This document shows, one piece after another, positions 9,509 to 20,381 of a stretch of DNA of 64,000 bases. Origin of the DNA: Candidatus Latescibacterota bacterium. GTDB lineage: Bacteria > Latescibacterota > UBA2968 > UBA8231. Under the pieces are notes generated by a model that did no database searches, had not been told where the DNA came from, and saw nothing but the letters and a program-made list of their open reading frames with translations. Every line of letters starts with the position of its first letter. Position 1 is the first letter of the stretch. The stretch spans positions 2,226,936-2,290,935 of the forward strand of contig CBDCNM010000002.1 in assembly GCA_965219385.1 (NCBI GenBank). The letters are read 5' to 3'. Position numbers and translations under genes: made by a program.

Positions 9509-11389
9509 TCACCGGAGCAGGGTCATCCGCCGGGTGCCGACAAACTCGCTGGCCTGCAAGCGCACCAGGTACACGCCGCTACCGACTGCTCGACCGGCCT
9601 CGTCGCGCCCATCCCACACCGCTACGTGCCTACCCGCTGCAGCCACTCCGTCCTCCAGGGTCCGGATCCGCTGGCCGGTCAGGGTATACACCTGTATTAC
9701 CACCTCCTCCCTCCTGGGCAGGAGGTAGGTAATCCGGGTCTCCGCATTGAACGGATTGGGATAATTCTGCAACAGGGCGTAGCGTTCCGGCAAGTCCGCT
9801 GCCTCCTCTTCCACCGCGGTGAGGGGCAAGTCCCCGGGGGTGATGAAGCCGCGTTCGATATCAAAGGGGGAGTGCATCAACGCATACCCCGAACTCCAGT
9901 AGAGGCCGGCGGTCTTGTCCTCGGTGGCGTGCCACCAGGTTTCGCCCGAGTGCTGGACAGCGCTGTAGGGCACGAACACTTTGAGCAGGCCCGCTCCGTC
10001 CGGGCCGTAGAGCTCGGCCTTGTGGGGGACGCTCTGGCCCGAGGCCATGAACAGATTCCACTTGCCCACCGAACCGTGGATGGACAGCAGCCCTATGGGC
10101 TGTTCCAGGCCCATGGCCTCGGATTCTTCGTAGCTGAAGCGATCGGTGAAGCCATCTCCGTTCTGGTTGATCCAGAGGATGTCCCCATCCAGGGTGGTGG
10201 AAGAGGGAAACGAGTTGCGGGTCTGCCACAGGCCGGTGGCGTAGAAGCCGCGCTCGTCTACATCAATGCCAAAGGGTCCCTCAACGCTGATGGTGGTGTC
10301 CCCCCAATTTTCCTGGACGTAGATAGCGGTGAAGTCGATGATGTCCACCACCTCGCCGGCCTGACGGTCAATCTTGAGGATGCCCGGGGTAAAGGGCTCG
10401 ATCTGGCTATCTTTCCAGGCCACGTAGAGGAAGCCGTCGTCTCCCATCCAGGGGTGGTGCGGGTCCGCGGTCATGGCCGCCGAAGGAAGGCGGGGTTCCC
10501 ACTGTAGCCAGCCCTGGTCCGCATCGCCGCCCCAATCCTCGTCCGGCAGCAGGGCGCCGGCGCTTTCATCCCAATTTATCCGCCAGATCCCGGTGTCCGT
10601 GTCCACACTGTCGTCCTGGTTGCGGTAGTTGAGGGCGTAGTGCCGGGTCGGGTCCTGCGGGTCGATGTTGTAGGAGGCCACGTCCCAGAAGGTGCCCTCG
10701 ATGCCGCGGCGTTCGTTCATCCAGGGAATCTGAAATTTGTCCCAGGTGCCGGGATGGGTCATGTAGTTCGATCCCCAGACGCTCCGCATGACCGCATCCC
10801 CATTGGCATTGCCGGGGGTCCACCAGATGTGGGGGGGATCCCGGGTCGTGTCCCACCCCAGCTGGGTCCACACATTGCCGGTAGGGGAGATGTAGGTCGG
10901 CTTGTCCACGTCATTGAGACCGATGAGGAAGAACTGGTAGTCTCCGGGCGGGACCGGGTTGCCGTGAAAGTCCAGGCCGTCCCAGGTAAAGGTGTTGTCC
11001 CCTTCCGGGTAGAGCTGACCTTGGGTGACCACGATGAAGGTGTCCAGGCCCGAGGCCCGCAACAGGGCCTCTCCCGGCCCGCCCCGGCTCCAGAGGCCGG
11101 GGTACTGGGGATTGGCCCCCCGGGTGTACACGGCCAGGCGCACCGTGGCCCGGGAGCCATGGAGGGTGAAGGGAATGTCGAGGGGCTGGCCTGCGAATCC
11201 GTAGTTGAGGTCCTGGGTAGTGATTTGCAGGGTGACGGGCAACCCCTCGCGCCAGTAGTCGAAGTTTTCCGTCGGATCATGGAATGATACGTTTTCATCC
11301 CCGTACATAACCGACTGGGTCGGGTCCGCGGAGCCCAGGCACAGGCTCAAAACAAGGACACCTTGGTGCCGCCATGTCGCCCACTTCAT
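9509..11389 (-). CDS. Secreted protein with FlgD-Ig-like domains, function unknown
   Basis: GGAGG RBS and signal-like N-terminus. Internal FTWDGLDFHGNPVPPGDY and C-terminal QNYPNPFNAET...WDGRDEAG...SGVY. Confidence 0.7.
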   Translation of the reverse strand: MKWATWRHQGVLVLSLCLGSADPTQSVMYGDENVSFHDPTENFDYWREGLPVTLQITTQDLNYGFAGQPLDIPFTLHGSRATVRLAVYTRGANPQYPGLWSRGGPGEALLRASGLDTFIVVTQGQLYPEGDNTFTWDGLDFHGNPVPPGDYQFFLIGLNDVDKPTYISPTGNVWTQLGWDTTRDPPHIWWTPGNANGDAVMRSVWGSNYMTHPGTWDKFQIPWMNERRGIEGTFWDVASYNIDPQDPTRHYALNYRNQDDSVDTDTGIWRINWDESAGALLPDEDWGGDADQGWLQWEPRLPSAAMTADPHHPWMGDDGFLYVAWKDSQIEPFTPGILKIDRQAGEVVDIIDFTAIYVQENWGDTTISVEGPFGIDVDERGFYATGLWQTRNSFPSSTTLDGDILWINQNGDGFTDRFSYEESEAMGLEQPIGLLSIHGSVGKWNLFMASGQSVPHKAELYGPDGAGLLKVFVPYSAVQHSGETWWHATEDKTAGLYWSSGYALMHSPFDIERGFITPGDLPLTAVEEEAADLPERYALLQNYPNPFNAETRITYLLPRREEVVIQVYTLTGQRIRTLEDGVAAAGRHVAVWDGRDEAGRAVGSGVYLVRLQASEFVGTRRMTLLR

Positions 11390-11447
11390 GGAAGACCTCC
11401 CGTTTTTGGGGTGGTTGTAATTATGCCGCAATGCCCGGACGGCCCAT

Positions 11448-12851
11448 TCAGCCGGTCGAGGCGCCCGGGGCCGTCTTCCAGGGCCCCTGGATGGCCAGGC
11501 TCATGCCGGCCCCCTGGATATTGACGAAGAGGGTGGTGCCGTCGGGCGAGAAGGTGGCCCCGGCGAATTCGGATGTGCTCAGGGCGTTGTGGCCGAGTTT
11601 GTAGAGCTGGCCCTGTGGCGTCACCCCCACCAGGTACTGGGCGTCGGGGCCGTCCTCGCAGAGGATGAGATCGCCCCAGGGGGTCGCAGTCACGTTGTCG
11701 GCGTTTTCGACCAGGCCGGGGTCGTCCGGCTGGATGAACAGCTCCAGGGTGCCGGGATGGCGCTGCTCCTCGGGCCGGCCCTCGTGGGGGCTGGGGCGGT
11801 AGCGCCAGACCTGGCCCTTCTGGGTGCTGCCTCCGTTGGTGCAGACGAAGTAGATGGTGCGGTCGCTGTACCACATGCCCTCGCCGCGGGCAAAGCGGGC
11901 CGCCCCCCGGGAAAACCCCTGCAGGCGCAGATCGTCTTGGGGGGATTCCACGTTTTGCACATCGATCCACTCCACCGGCATGATCTGGCCGCGCTCGACG
12001 GCGCTGTGCTCCCAGTTGCGGGTGTCCAGGCTGTGCCGGTCCTTCGCCCTGAGGCCCTGCAGTCGCCCCCCCTCGGCCAGCTTGCCCGGCTCGTCGGGAA
12101 TGAAGCGGTAGATCAGCCCGTCGCCGCGGTCCTCGGTCTGGTATACGATCCCGGAGTGGGGGTCGACGGCCACGGCTTCGTGGACCAAGCGGCCCATGGC
12201 CTTCAGGGGTATTGGCCTGGTCGCGCCCACCTGGGCGGAGGCGGGCACTTCGAAGTTGAAGCCGTGGTCCTTGCGCAAGCCCTCCCCCGCCCTGGAGGTG
12301 GACTCCTCGCACGAGATCCAGGTGTTCCAGGGCGTGGGACCGCCGGCGCAGTTGCGCACGGTGCCCGCCAGGCTGAGGAAATGCGTCTTTAGTTGTCCGC
12401 TTGCGGTGTCGTAGACGAGGGTGGTTGTGCCCCCCAGACAGGGGGTCTCCTCGCCCCGGTCGTAGATCCGCTCGGGCTCGAGTCGGGAAAGGAGCTGGTT
12501 TTCCGGACCAAAGGGGCCCTGCCCGGCCGGTCCGGGCGACATTTCGTGGTTGCGCACCAGGATGGTGGTCCCCTCCGGCCCGGCAAAAGCCGCCATACCG
12601 TCGTGCAGGTGCGGCACCAGAAAGCCGTCGTCCATCTCCTCGCCTACCCGGGAAAAAATCCGGTAGCTGAAGCCTGGAGGCAGGTCCAGGATGCCGTCGG
12701 GGTCGGGCTGGAGCGAGCCGTACCCAGGGGGGGAGTCAGAGCCGGCGTGAGCCCTGGGCGTGTAGTCCGGGTTGAGTAAGTGCTGGAGGCCGCTGAAGCC
12801 GAGGGAGAAGGCGGCGGCCGTTTTGAGAAAGTGGCGGCGCGGGATGTTCAC
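11448..12851 (-). CDS. phoX: PhoX (DUF839) family alkaline phosphatase with Tat signal
   Basis: RRHFLK Tat motif, NCAGGPTPWNTWISCEE, MGRLVHEA, ADNV, CEDG, EFAGATFSPDG. Confidence 0.85.
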   Translation of the reverse strand: MNIPRRHFLKTAAAFSLGFSGLQHLLNPDYTPRAHAGSDSPPGYGSLQPDPDGILDLPPGFSYRIFSRVGEEMDDGFLVPHLHDGMAAFAGPEGTTILVRNHEMSPGPAGQGPFGPENQLLSRLEPERIYDRGEETPCLGGTTTLVYDTASGQLKTHFLSLAGTVRNCAGGPTPWNTWISCEESTSRAGEGLRKDHGFNFEVPASAQVGATRPIPLKAMGRLVHEAVAVDPHSGIVYQTEDRGDGLIYRFIPDEPGKLAEGGRLQGLRAKDRHSLDTRNWEHSAVERGQIMPVEWIDVQNVESPQDDLRLQGFSRGAARFARGEGMWYSDRTIYFVCTNGGSTQKGQVWRYRPSPHEGRPEEQRHPGTLELFIQPDDPGLVENADNVTATPWGDLILCEDGPDAQYLVGVTPQGQLYKLGHNALSTSEFAGATFSPDGTTLFVNIQGAGMSLAIQGPWKTAPGASTG

Positions 12852-12992
12852 GATATTTCCTCCTGGGCGGATCCGGTGCGGAAGCGCGATCCCGGGCCGA
12901 TGATCTCGAAGGTTGAGCCGGCTCGTGGGAAGCGCAGAGGTTAAACTTCAAATTAATCGTTTCCGTGGCGTAAGGCAAGCCGCACCCGTCAA

Positions 12993-14108
12993 TCACCCTT
13001 TGCCGGCAGTCCCACAAAGAGGCGGCTGTCCACCTCGGTCAGCGGCTCCAGGTCGCTGCTGTTCTCCACAGCGCACGCCAAGATGATCCCCGGACGTCGC
13101 GGTAGCCGCTTCCGGCAGCCGCGGCCGGTACTGGTAGTCGGGTTCCACCTTCTGCCGCTGCAGAATCCCGATGATCTCGCGCCAGGTGGCCACCAGGCCC
13201 ACCGCAGAGGGCGGCAGGTCGTGCTCGATGGCCTTGTGCAGCCGTCCAAGCCGGTAGCAGGGGACGGCCGCGTACATGTGGTGCTCGATATGGAAATTCA
13301 TGTGCCAGTAGAGGAAGCGCACCACCGGGTTGAGGATGATGGTGCGCGAGCACAGGCGGAAGTCGGGCACGTTGTCGATCAGCCCGATGTGCTGGGAGGT
13401 GTTGCACAGCAGGAAAACGAAGCGGCCGTAGAACGAGCCAAAGGTGACCAGTACCAGCAGTTGCCACCAATCCAGGTAAAGCGCCCCGCCGGCGAGGGCG
13501 ATGTGTCCCAGCGTCATGATGCGGTCCCAGCGGAACAGACGGCGGCGACCCTCGAGGTTCTCCGGTGGAAACAGCACCTGGCTCCAGCCGGGGTCCAGGT
13601 GGCCCAAGAAGCCGCGGCGGATGGTGCCGCGGATGCGGTGGTAGGCGCCGAGAGGGTCGATGAAGGCGCCGCGCAGGAAGTCCTTTAGCGTCAGGTGCAC
13701 GGGCAGGACGACCTCGCCGTCCTCGGGGGGATGGAGGGTGTACTTGTGGTGTGCGGAGTGACTCGCCCAGAAGTGGACGGGGTTGTACCAGCCGAGGAAG
13801 CTGAGCAGGTAGAGAAAAAAGAGGTTGAGCGACTGGGTGCGGAACACGGCGTTGTGCACCAGTTCGTGGAAGCCGTTGATGATGAAGGCGTAGCACGTGC
13901 CGTGCAGGTAGAAGGCGGGGATCCACCAGTACCAGGCCAGGTGCAGGGTGGTCCACCAGGCCAGCGCCCCGGTGGCGGCGAGGGTGCCGAGGTAGCCGAG
14001 GGTCTGCAGCGCACCGAGGGTGTTGCTGCGCTGGTTGAGCTCGGCGAGCAACTTGCGGTCGATCCTGGTGCGGTACCACGAGATGCGGCGTTTATCCTGG
14101 GTGTCCAT
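12993..14108 (-). CDS. Fatty acid desaturase family protein
   Basis: Three His boxes (HELVH, HSAHH, HIEHH) and TM segments. Confidence 0.85.
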   Translation of the reverse strand: MDTQDKRRISWYRTRIDRKLLAELNQRSNTLGALQTLGYLGTLAATGALAWWTTLHLAWYWWIPAFYLHGTCYAFIINGFHELVHNAVFRTQSLNLFFLYLLSFLGWYNPVHFWASHSAHHKYTLHPPEDGEVVLPVHLTLKDFLRGAFIDPLGAYHRIRGTIRRGFLGHLDPGWSQVLFPPENLEGRRRLFRWDRIMTLGHIALAGGALYLDWWQLLVLVTFGSFYGRFVFLLCNTSQHIGLIDNVPDFRLCSRTIILNPVVRFLYWHMNFHIEHHMYAAVPCYRLGRLHKAIEHDLPPSAVGLVATWREIIGILQRQKVEPDYQYRPRLPEAATATSGDHLGVRCGEQQRPGAADRGGQPPLCGTAGKG

Positions 14109-14904
14109 CTGGTGCCAGCAGTCCCCTGATAAAGCGCACATCGATGCGCGCCAGGTCGATCACCGTCTCCACCGTCTCGCCGCTGTACTCGCTGTGGAAA
14201 CTGATCGCTCCATCGTAGTTCATACTCTTCAAGGTCTGCACCAGGGTCGACCAGTTGACGAATCCGTGCCCCATGCGCACCACCCGGGCCGCCTCGCTCT
14301 GCGGCTGGCGCACCAGGTCCTTGAAGGCCAGGATCGCCAGGTAGTCGCGCACGATGCTCAGGGCCATGTCGATGGGCTCGCCGCAGATGGACAGATGGCC
14401 CGGATCGGTGAATATCCCTATGTGCTGTTTCTCGAACCCCTGCACCAGGATCATGGCTGCGCAGGAGTTGAGCCCCATGGAACGCCCCGAGTGGTTGTGC
14501 ACCACGGTCTGCACCCCGTACTTTCTGGACAATTCCTGGAAGCCTTCAAGGTACCCCTTGATCCTGCCGACTTCCTCCCAGTAGTCCGTCTCCGGGGTCC
14601 AGCGCCAGTAGCCCAGCTTGATGTGCGCGACCCCGGCCGCACCGCAGGCCGCATAGAATGCCTCGGCGTAGTCCAGGTCGGGCCGGATAAAATCCCCGGG
14701 TGCCGTGACCAGCGGAATCGACAAGCCCTCGTCCGCAAAAAGCCGGGCCGCCTCTGGAAGGGCAGTCGAAATATTCCCGGGATGCACCGGGTAGCCCGGC
14801 CGCACGCACAGGTCTGCGCCCTCTACTCCCACCGACTTCAACGCCGCTGCAATCCCCGGCACATCCAGTCCTTCGAGGTGTTTGGTGAACATGATGAATT
14901 TCAT
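14092..14904 (-). CDS. Sugar phosphate isomerase/epimerase (xylose isomerase-like TIM barrel)
   Basis: DLCVRPG, HNH, DPGH, FKD and SFHSEY metal-site pattern. Confidence 0.75.
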   Translation of the reverse strand: MKFIMFTKHLEGLDVPGIAAALKSVGVEGADLCVRPGYPVHPGNISTALPEAARLFADEGLSIPLVTAPGDFIRPDLDYAEAFYAACGAAGVAHIKLGYWRWTPETDYWEEVGRIKGYLEGFQELSRKYGVQTVVHNHSGRSMGLNSCAAMILVQGFEKQHIGIFTDPGHLSICGEPIDMALSIVRDYLAILAFKDLVRQPQSEAARVVRMGHGFVNWSTLVQTLKSMNYDGAISFHSEYSGETVETVIDLARIDVRFIRGLLAPDGHPG

Positions 14905-15084
14905 TGCCAGGTCTCCTCTCGTCCGAACTCTACAAAACCTCATTCCCTTTTCTATCTCCTCAGGTAATATAGTCCAATAACAGGCCCCCTCAAGCTCGTT
15001 TTTCCATCTCTATGTGGACACCAGAACCCTCTTGTGCTATATTTGCCTCGATTGTGACGAGGGTACCTTCCAAAGGAGGACTAC

Positions 15085-15831
15085 ATGCCCCACCTTGCCC
15101 CCGCGGATAAAACCTTCTTCAAAGAGAACGGCTACCTGGTCAAACACGACGCCCTGACCCAGGAGCAAATCCGCAACGCCCTGGACGCCCTGTGGGAAGG
15201 CATTGAGGCCGACCGCGACGATCCCCGGACCTGGGTCAATGCCCAGCCCCGGGTCCCGGTCCCCGGCAGCCACCCGGTCCTGCGCGCCGCTCTGTACGAA
15301 TCCCCCATCTTTGCCATGGCCGAAGAAATGGTCGGCAAGGATCGCCTTGCCCAGGTAGCCGATCCCGGTCCGCACCTGGTCTACCCCTCGGGCAATGAGG
15401 AGTGGTCTCTCAGCTCCCGGGGCCACCTGGATAGCTACTACACTCCCACCAACGGGGTCCCCGAAGGCACGGTCCGCACCTTCACCCTGGCCGCCACCAT
15501 CTACCTGGACCAGGTGGAGCACCGCGGCGGCGGCCTCACGGTCTGGCCCGGTTCGCACCAGGCCTCGACCACCTACTTCAAGACCCACTCCCTGCTCAGC
15601 ATCGACAGCGGCAATGTCGAGAATGTCTTCGAGACAGGCGATCCGATGGAAATCACCGGGGGGCCGGGCACGGTTTGCTTCTGGCATGGTCAGCTGGTGC
15701 ACTCGGGGAGTCAGAATTCCAGCTACAACATCCGCATGGCTCTGCACGCCCGGATGTCCCGCAAAGACATCAACGATATCCGCTTTGAAACCCTGGACGA
15801 TATGTGGGAGTACTGGGAAGGAATCGATTGA
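15085..15831 (+). CDS. Phytanoyl-CoA dioxygenase (PhyH) family 2OG-Fe(II) oxygenase
   Basis: FFKENGYLV, HLD, VWPGSH, HSG. AGGAGG RBS. Confidence 0.85.
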   Translation: MPHLAPADKTFFKENGYLVKHDALTQEQIRNALDALWEGIEADRDDPRTWVNAQPRVPVPGSHPVLRAALYESPIFAMAEEMVGKDRLAQVADPGPHLVYPSGNEEWSLSSRGHLDSYYTPTNGVPEGTVRTFTLAATIYLDQVEHRGGGLTVWPGSHQASTTYFKTHSLLSIDSGNVENVFETGDPMEITGGPGTVCFWHGQLVHSGSQNSSYNIRMALHARMSRKDINDIRFETLDDMWEYWEGID

Positions 15832-16631
15832 TGCAACTAACGTGCAGCACCTCCGTCTGTCCGGACCTGATCCTGCCCCAGGCCCTGGACTTTGTGAAGC
15901 AGGCCGGCTTCGACGCCATCGAACTCTCCCGCGCCTGTACCGAGAGCAGCCCGGTGCACCCCGATTTTCCCGTGCCCCTGGTGCGCCAACATCTGCGGGA
16001 AACCGGAATCCGGCTCACCGGCCTGAACATCCGCAACCTCACCGGCCGCAAGGCCGACTCGGACGAGCGCAATCTCGACTACAACCTGTACCAGGTGGAG
16101 TGGGACATCCACCTGGCCCGCGCCCTGCGGCTGAAGAGCGCCAATCTCAAGGGCGGCGAGCGCACCGACGAAGCCCTCGAAGACCTGATTGACGGCATGA
16201 AGCAGCTCCTGGAGCGGGTCCCGGACGTCACCCTGAATCTGGACAGCCAAATAGGCAACCGGCTCCAGGGCCTGGAGGATTTCCAGGCGGTTTTGCCGCA
16301 CCTGGATTCGCGGGCCAAACTACTGCTGGACACCGGGCGCCTGCTCGAAGCCGGCGAGGATGTAATGGAATGCGCCCAGGCCTTTGTGGAGCGCATCGGC
16401 CTGGTGCGGCTGTGCGATTGGCAGGGCGCCAAGCCGGTGCCGTTCGGTCGCGGCGATCTGCCTTTGGAAGCCTTGTTGAAGCTTTTGCACCAGGCCGGGT
16501 ACGAGGGCTACCTGGTGATTGCGTTCGAGCAGGTGGACCAGGACGAGGCGCTCAGCGCCGCGGTCGGGGCGCGCGCATACATCGAAGATGTGCTGAGCAG
16601 CACCCTATCTCCACCAAGGAGTCTCTCATGA
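15831..16631 (+). CDS. Sugar phosphate isomerase/epimerase family TIM barrel (metal ligands partly degenerate)
   Basis: AGFDAIEL, LLDTG, VPFGRGD, GYEGYLV. Start overlaps the upstream stop. Confidence 0.7.
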   Translation: MQLTCSTSVCPDLILPQALDFVKQAGFDAIELSRACTESSPVHPDFPVPLVRQHLRETGIRLTGLNIRNLTGRKADSDERNLDYNLYQVEWDIHLARALRLKSANLKGGERTDEALEDLIDGMKQLLERVPDVTLNLDSQIGNRLQGLEDFQAVLPHLDSRAKLLLDTGRLLEAGEDVMECAQAFVERIGLVRLCDWQGAKPVPFGRGDLPLEALLKLLHQAGYEGYLVIAFEQVDQDEALSAAVGARAYIEDVLSSTLSPPRSLS

Positions 16632-18496
16632 AACGCATATTCGCCAAAGACTTCCGCGACTACACCCGCGACCGCTTCATCGATGCCCAGACCAGTGCCG
16701 CGGCCAAACTAGCTCCTACCCTGCTTTTGACCCACGAGAGCGGTGTGGACGGCACGATCCGCCAGGAGCTGACTCCGACCTGCTGGTCCAGGGTGGTCTT
16801 CGATATCCCCTCGGTCCGGGTCAAAGGGGCGGAACTACTGTTCTATGTGAATGGGGATTCCACCACCCAGGAAAAACCCATGCATCTCCTGGTCAACGGC
16901 CACCGCCTCTCCCACTGCCAGGATCGCGAACGCCTGCTCACCGGGGGCTGGGACCGCAAGCACATCATGGTCCGCCTGCTCAAGGACGGCCGCAACGAAT
17001 TCATTTTCTCCCACAGCGGCGTGCTCCACGTGGACCCTGGACCTGGCGGCAACAGCAGCCGCAGCTTTGACGGCGGCCAGACCTGGCACCAGGACGCTCT
17101 GGATCCGGGCGACGATATCCGGGGCGAGTACATGGTCCGCCTCCGCCTCAAAGGATACGCCCCCTCCGGCCAGCTTACCTCGCCCTTCATTGATCTGGCC
17201 GATCCCGACCACCAGGGCCTCATCGCGCCTCGCCTGAACCTCAAAAAAGTCCGGCTCACCACCCGGCAGCGCACCCCCCAGGGCACCCGTATCCACTTCG
17301 AGGTGCGCTCGGGCTCGACGCCCTCCTTTGATCCGCGCCACTGGACCCCCTGGGAGCGCCGGACCACCCTGGATAAACCAGGCCGCTTTGTGCAGTGGCG
17401 CGTCACCTTGAGCACCGACGCCGCCGACAAAACCCCCATTCTCGAGGAGGTCGCCCTCCAGGTGGAGGGCAAAGAAGACAAAGCCGGCCTCGCCCCCATC
17501 AAGCTGGTGGAACTGGACCATCCCGAGATCGTGCGCAGCTCCTACGAGTTCACCTACCTGGCCCCGCATCCTCGTCTGGACCGGCTGCTGAAGCAGTACC
17601 GCCTCGAAGAGGTGGTGGCGCCCGGCAAGACCGAGCTGGAGAAGTTCGCCCTGCTGCGCGACTGGGTCCACAGCCAGTGGCTGGGGTGGCAGGCCGAAAA
17701 GTATCCTTACTGCCCGCCCTGGGACCCGCTGGAGATCCTGGAGACCACCAAGGGCGACTGGGGCTTTGGCATGTGCACCCACTACGGCGCCGTCTTCGCG
17801 GGCTGCGCCGCGGCCCTGGGGTACGTGGCCCGCGTGCTGATCGTCGACCACCACTGCCTGGCCGAGATCTGGTCCGAGGAGTTGCAGAAGTGGATCCTGC
17901 AGGACCCGGGCCCCAACCGCGAATACGACGCCACCTACGAGCGCCGGGGCGTACCCGTGAACGCCCTGGAATTCCACCAGGTCTTTGTGCGGAAAAAGGC
18001 CCGTTATTTGACCATCAACAAGCTGCCGCAGAAAACCACGGCACCCATGACCCAACAGTGGGGCGGGCTCTTTTGCCGCTTCGGCATTCCGCCGCGCAAC
18101 AACCACCTGGTCCATGCCGAGCCGGCCGAGCTGCGCCACGGCGCTCAGCAGTACCACTACGACGGCTACTTGTGGTGGTCGGTCGACATCGATCCCAAAT
18201 ACGCCGAGTACTCCCTGCAGACCTCGCGTCCCGGCGATTTCTACTGGTCGGTCAACCAGACCCGCCTCTATTTGCAGGTCGGCGCCGAGCCCGACACCCT
18301 GCAGGTGGACCTGGAGACCGTCACTCCCAACTTCTCGCACTTCCTGGTCCAGATCGACGAGGGCGAGTGGGAAGAGCGGCAGGCGCCCCTGCAGTGGGCG
18401 CTCCATCCCGGTGAGAACAGGCTGGCGGTGCGCAGCGCCAATGTCTTCGGCAAACAGGGTCGCAGCGCCGGCGCCCGGGTAGAATACAAAGGGTAG
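16628..18496 (+). CDS. Transglutaminase-like domain protein
   Basis: Cys-His-Asp pattern GMCTHY...HHCLAEIW...WILQDP. ATGA overlap and AAGGAG RBS. Confidence 0.7.
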   Translation: MKRIFAKDFRDYTRDRFIDAQTSAAAKLAPTLLLTHESGVDGTIRQELTPTCWSRVVFDIPSVRVKGAELLFYVNGDSTTQEKPMHLLVNGHRLSHCQDRERLLTGGWDRKHIMVRLLKDGRNEFIFSHSGVLHVDPGPGGNSSRSFDGGQTWHQDALDPGDDIRGEYMVRLRLKGYAPSGQLTSPFIDLADPDHQGLIAPRLNLKKVRLTTRQRTPQGTRIHFEVRSGSTPSFDPRHWTPWERRTTLDKPGRFVQWRVTLSTDAADKTPILEEVALQVEGKEDKAGLAPIKLVELDHPEIVRSSYEFTYLAPHPRLDRLLKQYRLEEVVAPGKTELEKFALLRDWVHSQWLGWQAEKYPYCPPWDPLEILETTKGDWGFGMCTHYGAVFAGCAAALGYVARVLIVDHHCLAEIWSEELQKWILQDPGPNREYDATYERRGVPVNALEFHQVFVRKKARYLTINKLPQKTTAPMTQQWGGLFCRFGIPPRNNHLVHAEPAELRHGAQQYHYDGYLWWSVDIDPKYAEYSLQTSRPGDFYWSVNQTRLYLQVGAEPDTLQVDLETVTPNFSHFLVQIDEGEWEERQAPLQWALHPGENRLAVRSANVFGKQGRSAGARVEYKG

Positions 18497-18713
18497 TTCA
18501 GGCGACCATGCCTCCACTGATGAAGGTGGAACCCCCTTCGTGGGCCGGCGGCACCATATCGGGTCGCTGGACGATCCGGTTTTCCGCACCTCGGTCTTCA
18601 ACACCGTCGTCTGGGCGGTGGCCGGCCCCCTGGATGGGCAGGAAGCCAGCACCTATTGCAGTCTCGAGTTCACGCGCTCCTGTCTGGGCCCGGCGCAAAC
18701 CGCCGCAATCCCT

Positions 18714-20249
18714 GTGAACAACCCATCCCTCGCCACCCGGGCCATACGTTCCTTTCTGTGGACCGGCAGTCCTTTCCTCATCCAGCTTTTTACCATTCTT
18801 TTGTTCTACGCTGTCCAGAAACCAGGTATAATGGGTCTGTTCGAGACCGCCCTGGCCGTGGTCATGTTCCTGGCGCTCATCGGCGACCTGGGCATGAATG
18901 CCGCCCTGGTACAGTTCCGGGAAGCCGACGAGCGCCACTTCAGTACGGCCTTCTGGACCAATCTTTTCTGGGGCCTGATCCTGACTGTCCTGATCATCCT
19001 GTGCGCGCCAATCATTGCCACCCTGCTGGCGCCCGCAAGCCCCGCGGCTTTCCAGGACATATTGACCTCTCTGGGCCTGCTGATTCCCTTTGCCTCCATT
19101 TCCGGGGTTGTGCGGGCGCGTCTGCAACGTGGACTTCATCTGCGCTCCATGCGCGCCATGGCCCTGGCCGAGATCATCTCGGTCGCGGCGTCCAGTGCGG
19201 TCGCTATTGCATTGCTTCCCCACTACGGTCTCCGAGGTCTGATCATCGGTTCGGTCGGTCGGGAACTGGTCCTGCTGGCCAGTTTGTGGTTTTTCGCCTC
19301 CTGGCGTCCGCAATTCTGTTTCAGCCTGGCGGCCCTGCGCGCAGTACTGGGTTTCGCGCTCAATTTCACCGGCGAAAGAATCCTGGGTTTCTTGAACGGC
19401 CGGCTGCCTCAACTCATCATTCTCCCCTATCTGGGGAATATAGCGGCAACCCATTATGGTTTTGCCAGCAGGACCTCGATCATCCCCCTGATCCGCCTGT
19501 CCACCATCATCCACCGGGTCGGCCTGCCGGCCTTTTCCAGCATTCAGCAAGACACCGCCCGGCTCGGCTTCGGCTACATCAAGGCCGTCCAGAGCGTGGC
19601 GCTGTTTTTCTGGCCGCCGCTGATGGGCTTGTACGTCTTTGCTCCGGAGGTCGTCCGGGTAGTGAGGCCGGAAATGCAGCCGGCCATCACTGCTTTGCGG
19701 CTGCTGGTCCTGGCGGTTGTCCTGAAAGCCGTGGGTTCGATCGTCAGTACCGTGTTCCTGGCCATGGGCAAGGCCCACTGGTCCTTTCGCTGGGCGCTTT
19801 TTTGTCTGGCCGTCCTGGTGCCGGCCCTCTGGTTGGGAGTGCGCCAGGGCGTCGAGGGCGTGGCCGGGGTCATCCTGCTCACGGCCCTGCTCTTTTTCGT
19901 CCTTACCCAGTTTTTGGTGCACCGCCTGACCCACTTCAGCCTCAAAGGATATGCCAGCGCCCTCTTGCGCCCGCTGCTGGTCGTCCTGGCCGTCCTCGGC
20001 GTCCTGATCGGGGCCAGACCCTTCCTGCTTTCCAGCCCCCTGGTCGAGATCCTGCCGGATCTGGTCCCCGGCCAGGCTGCCGTACACCTGAGCGCTCTGG
20101 CCATCCTCCTCCAGGCCGGCCTCCTGGGTCTCCTGATCTACCTTGTCGCCCTGCGCCTCCTGGCCTGGGGGCTGTGCCGGGAATACTGGCGCAACCTCAG
20201 AGGACGCGAGCTGGATGCTGCCGAAGCCGGTCCGGGCGCGCTGGAATAG
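18714..20249 (+). CDS. Wzx/PST-family polysaccharide flippase (lipopolysaccharide biosynthesis protein)
   Basis: SLATRAIRSFLW, DLGMNAALVQ, FSTAFW, LPAFSSIQ and many TM helices. GTG start inferred. Confidence 0.8.
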   Translation: MNNPSLATRAIRSFLWTGSPFLIQLFTILLFYAVQKPGIMGLFETALAVVMFLALIGDLGMNAALVQFREADERHFSTAFWTNLFWGLILTVLIILCAPIIATLLAPASPAAFQDILTSLGLLIPFASISGVVRARLQRGLHLRSMRAMALAEIISVAASSAVAIALLPHYGLRGLIIGSVGRELVLLASLWFFASWRPQFCFSLAALRAVLGFALNFTGERILGFLNGRLPQLIILPYLGNIAATHYGFASRTSIIPLIRLSTIIHRVGLPAFSSIQQDTARLGFGYIKAVQSVALFFWPPLMGLYVFAPEVVRVVRPEMQPAITALRLLVLAVVLKAVGSIVSTVFLAMGKAHWSFRWALFCLAVLVPALWLGVRQGVEGVAGVILLTALLFFVLTQFLVHRLTHFSLKGYASALLRPLLVVLAVLGVLIGARPFLLSSPLVEILPDLVPGQAAVHLSALAILLQAGLLGLLIYLVALRLLAWGLCREYWRNLRGRELDAAEAGPGALE

Positions 20250-20381
20250 GACCTGCCTGGCAAAAAACCCCTTGCCCTCCTTTGCGCAGGAGGCCCTATT
20301 CGAGTATTTTCTTAAGATAGTCTCTAAGGGGTTAAGGCATAAACCAGAAACGGCAAAGTTCATCCTAAAAAGGAGCAAGTC

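Noticed and set aside
12938..12960. Pho box upstream of phoX
   Set aside because: The TTAA repeats are 12 nt apart rather than 11, and there are only two units.
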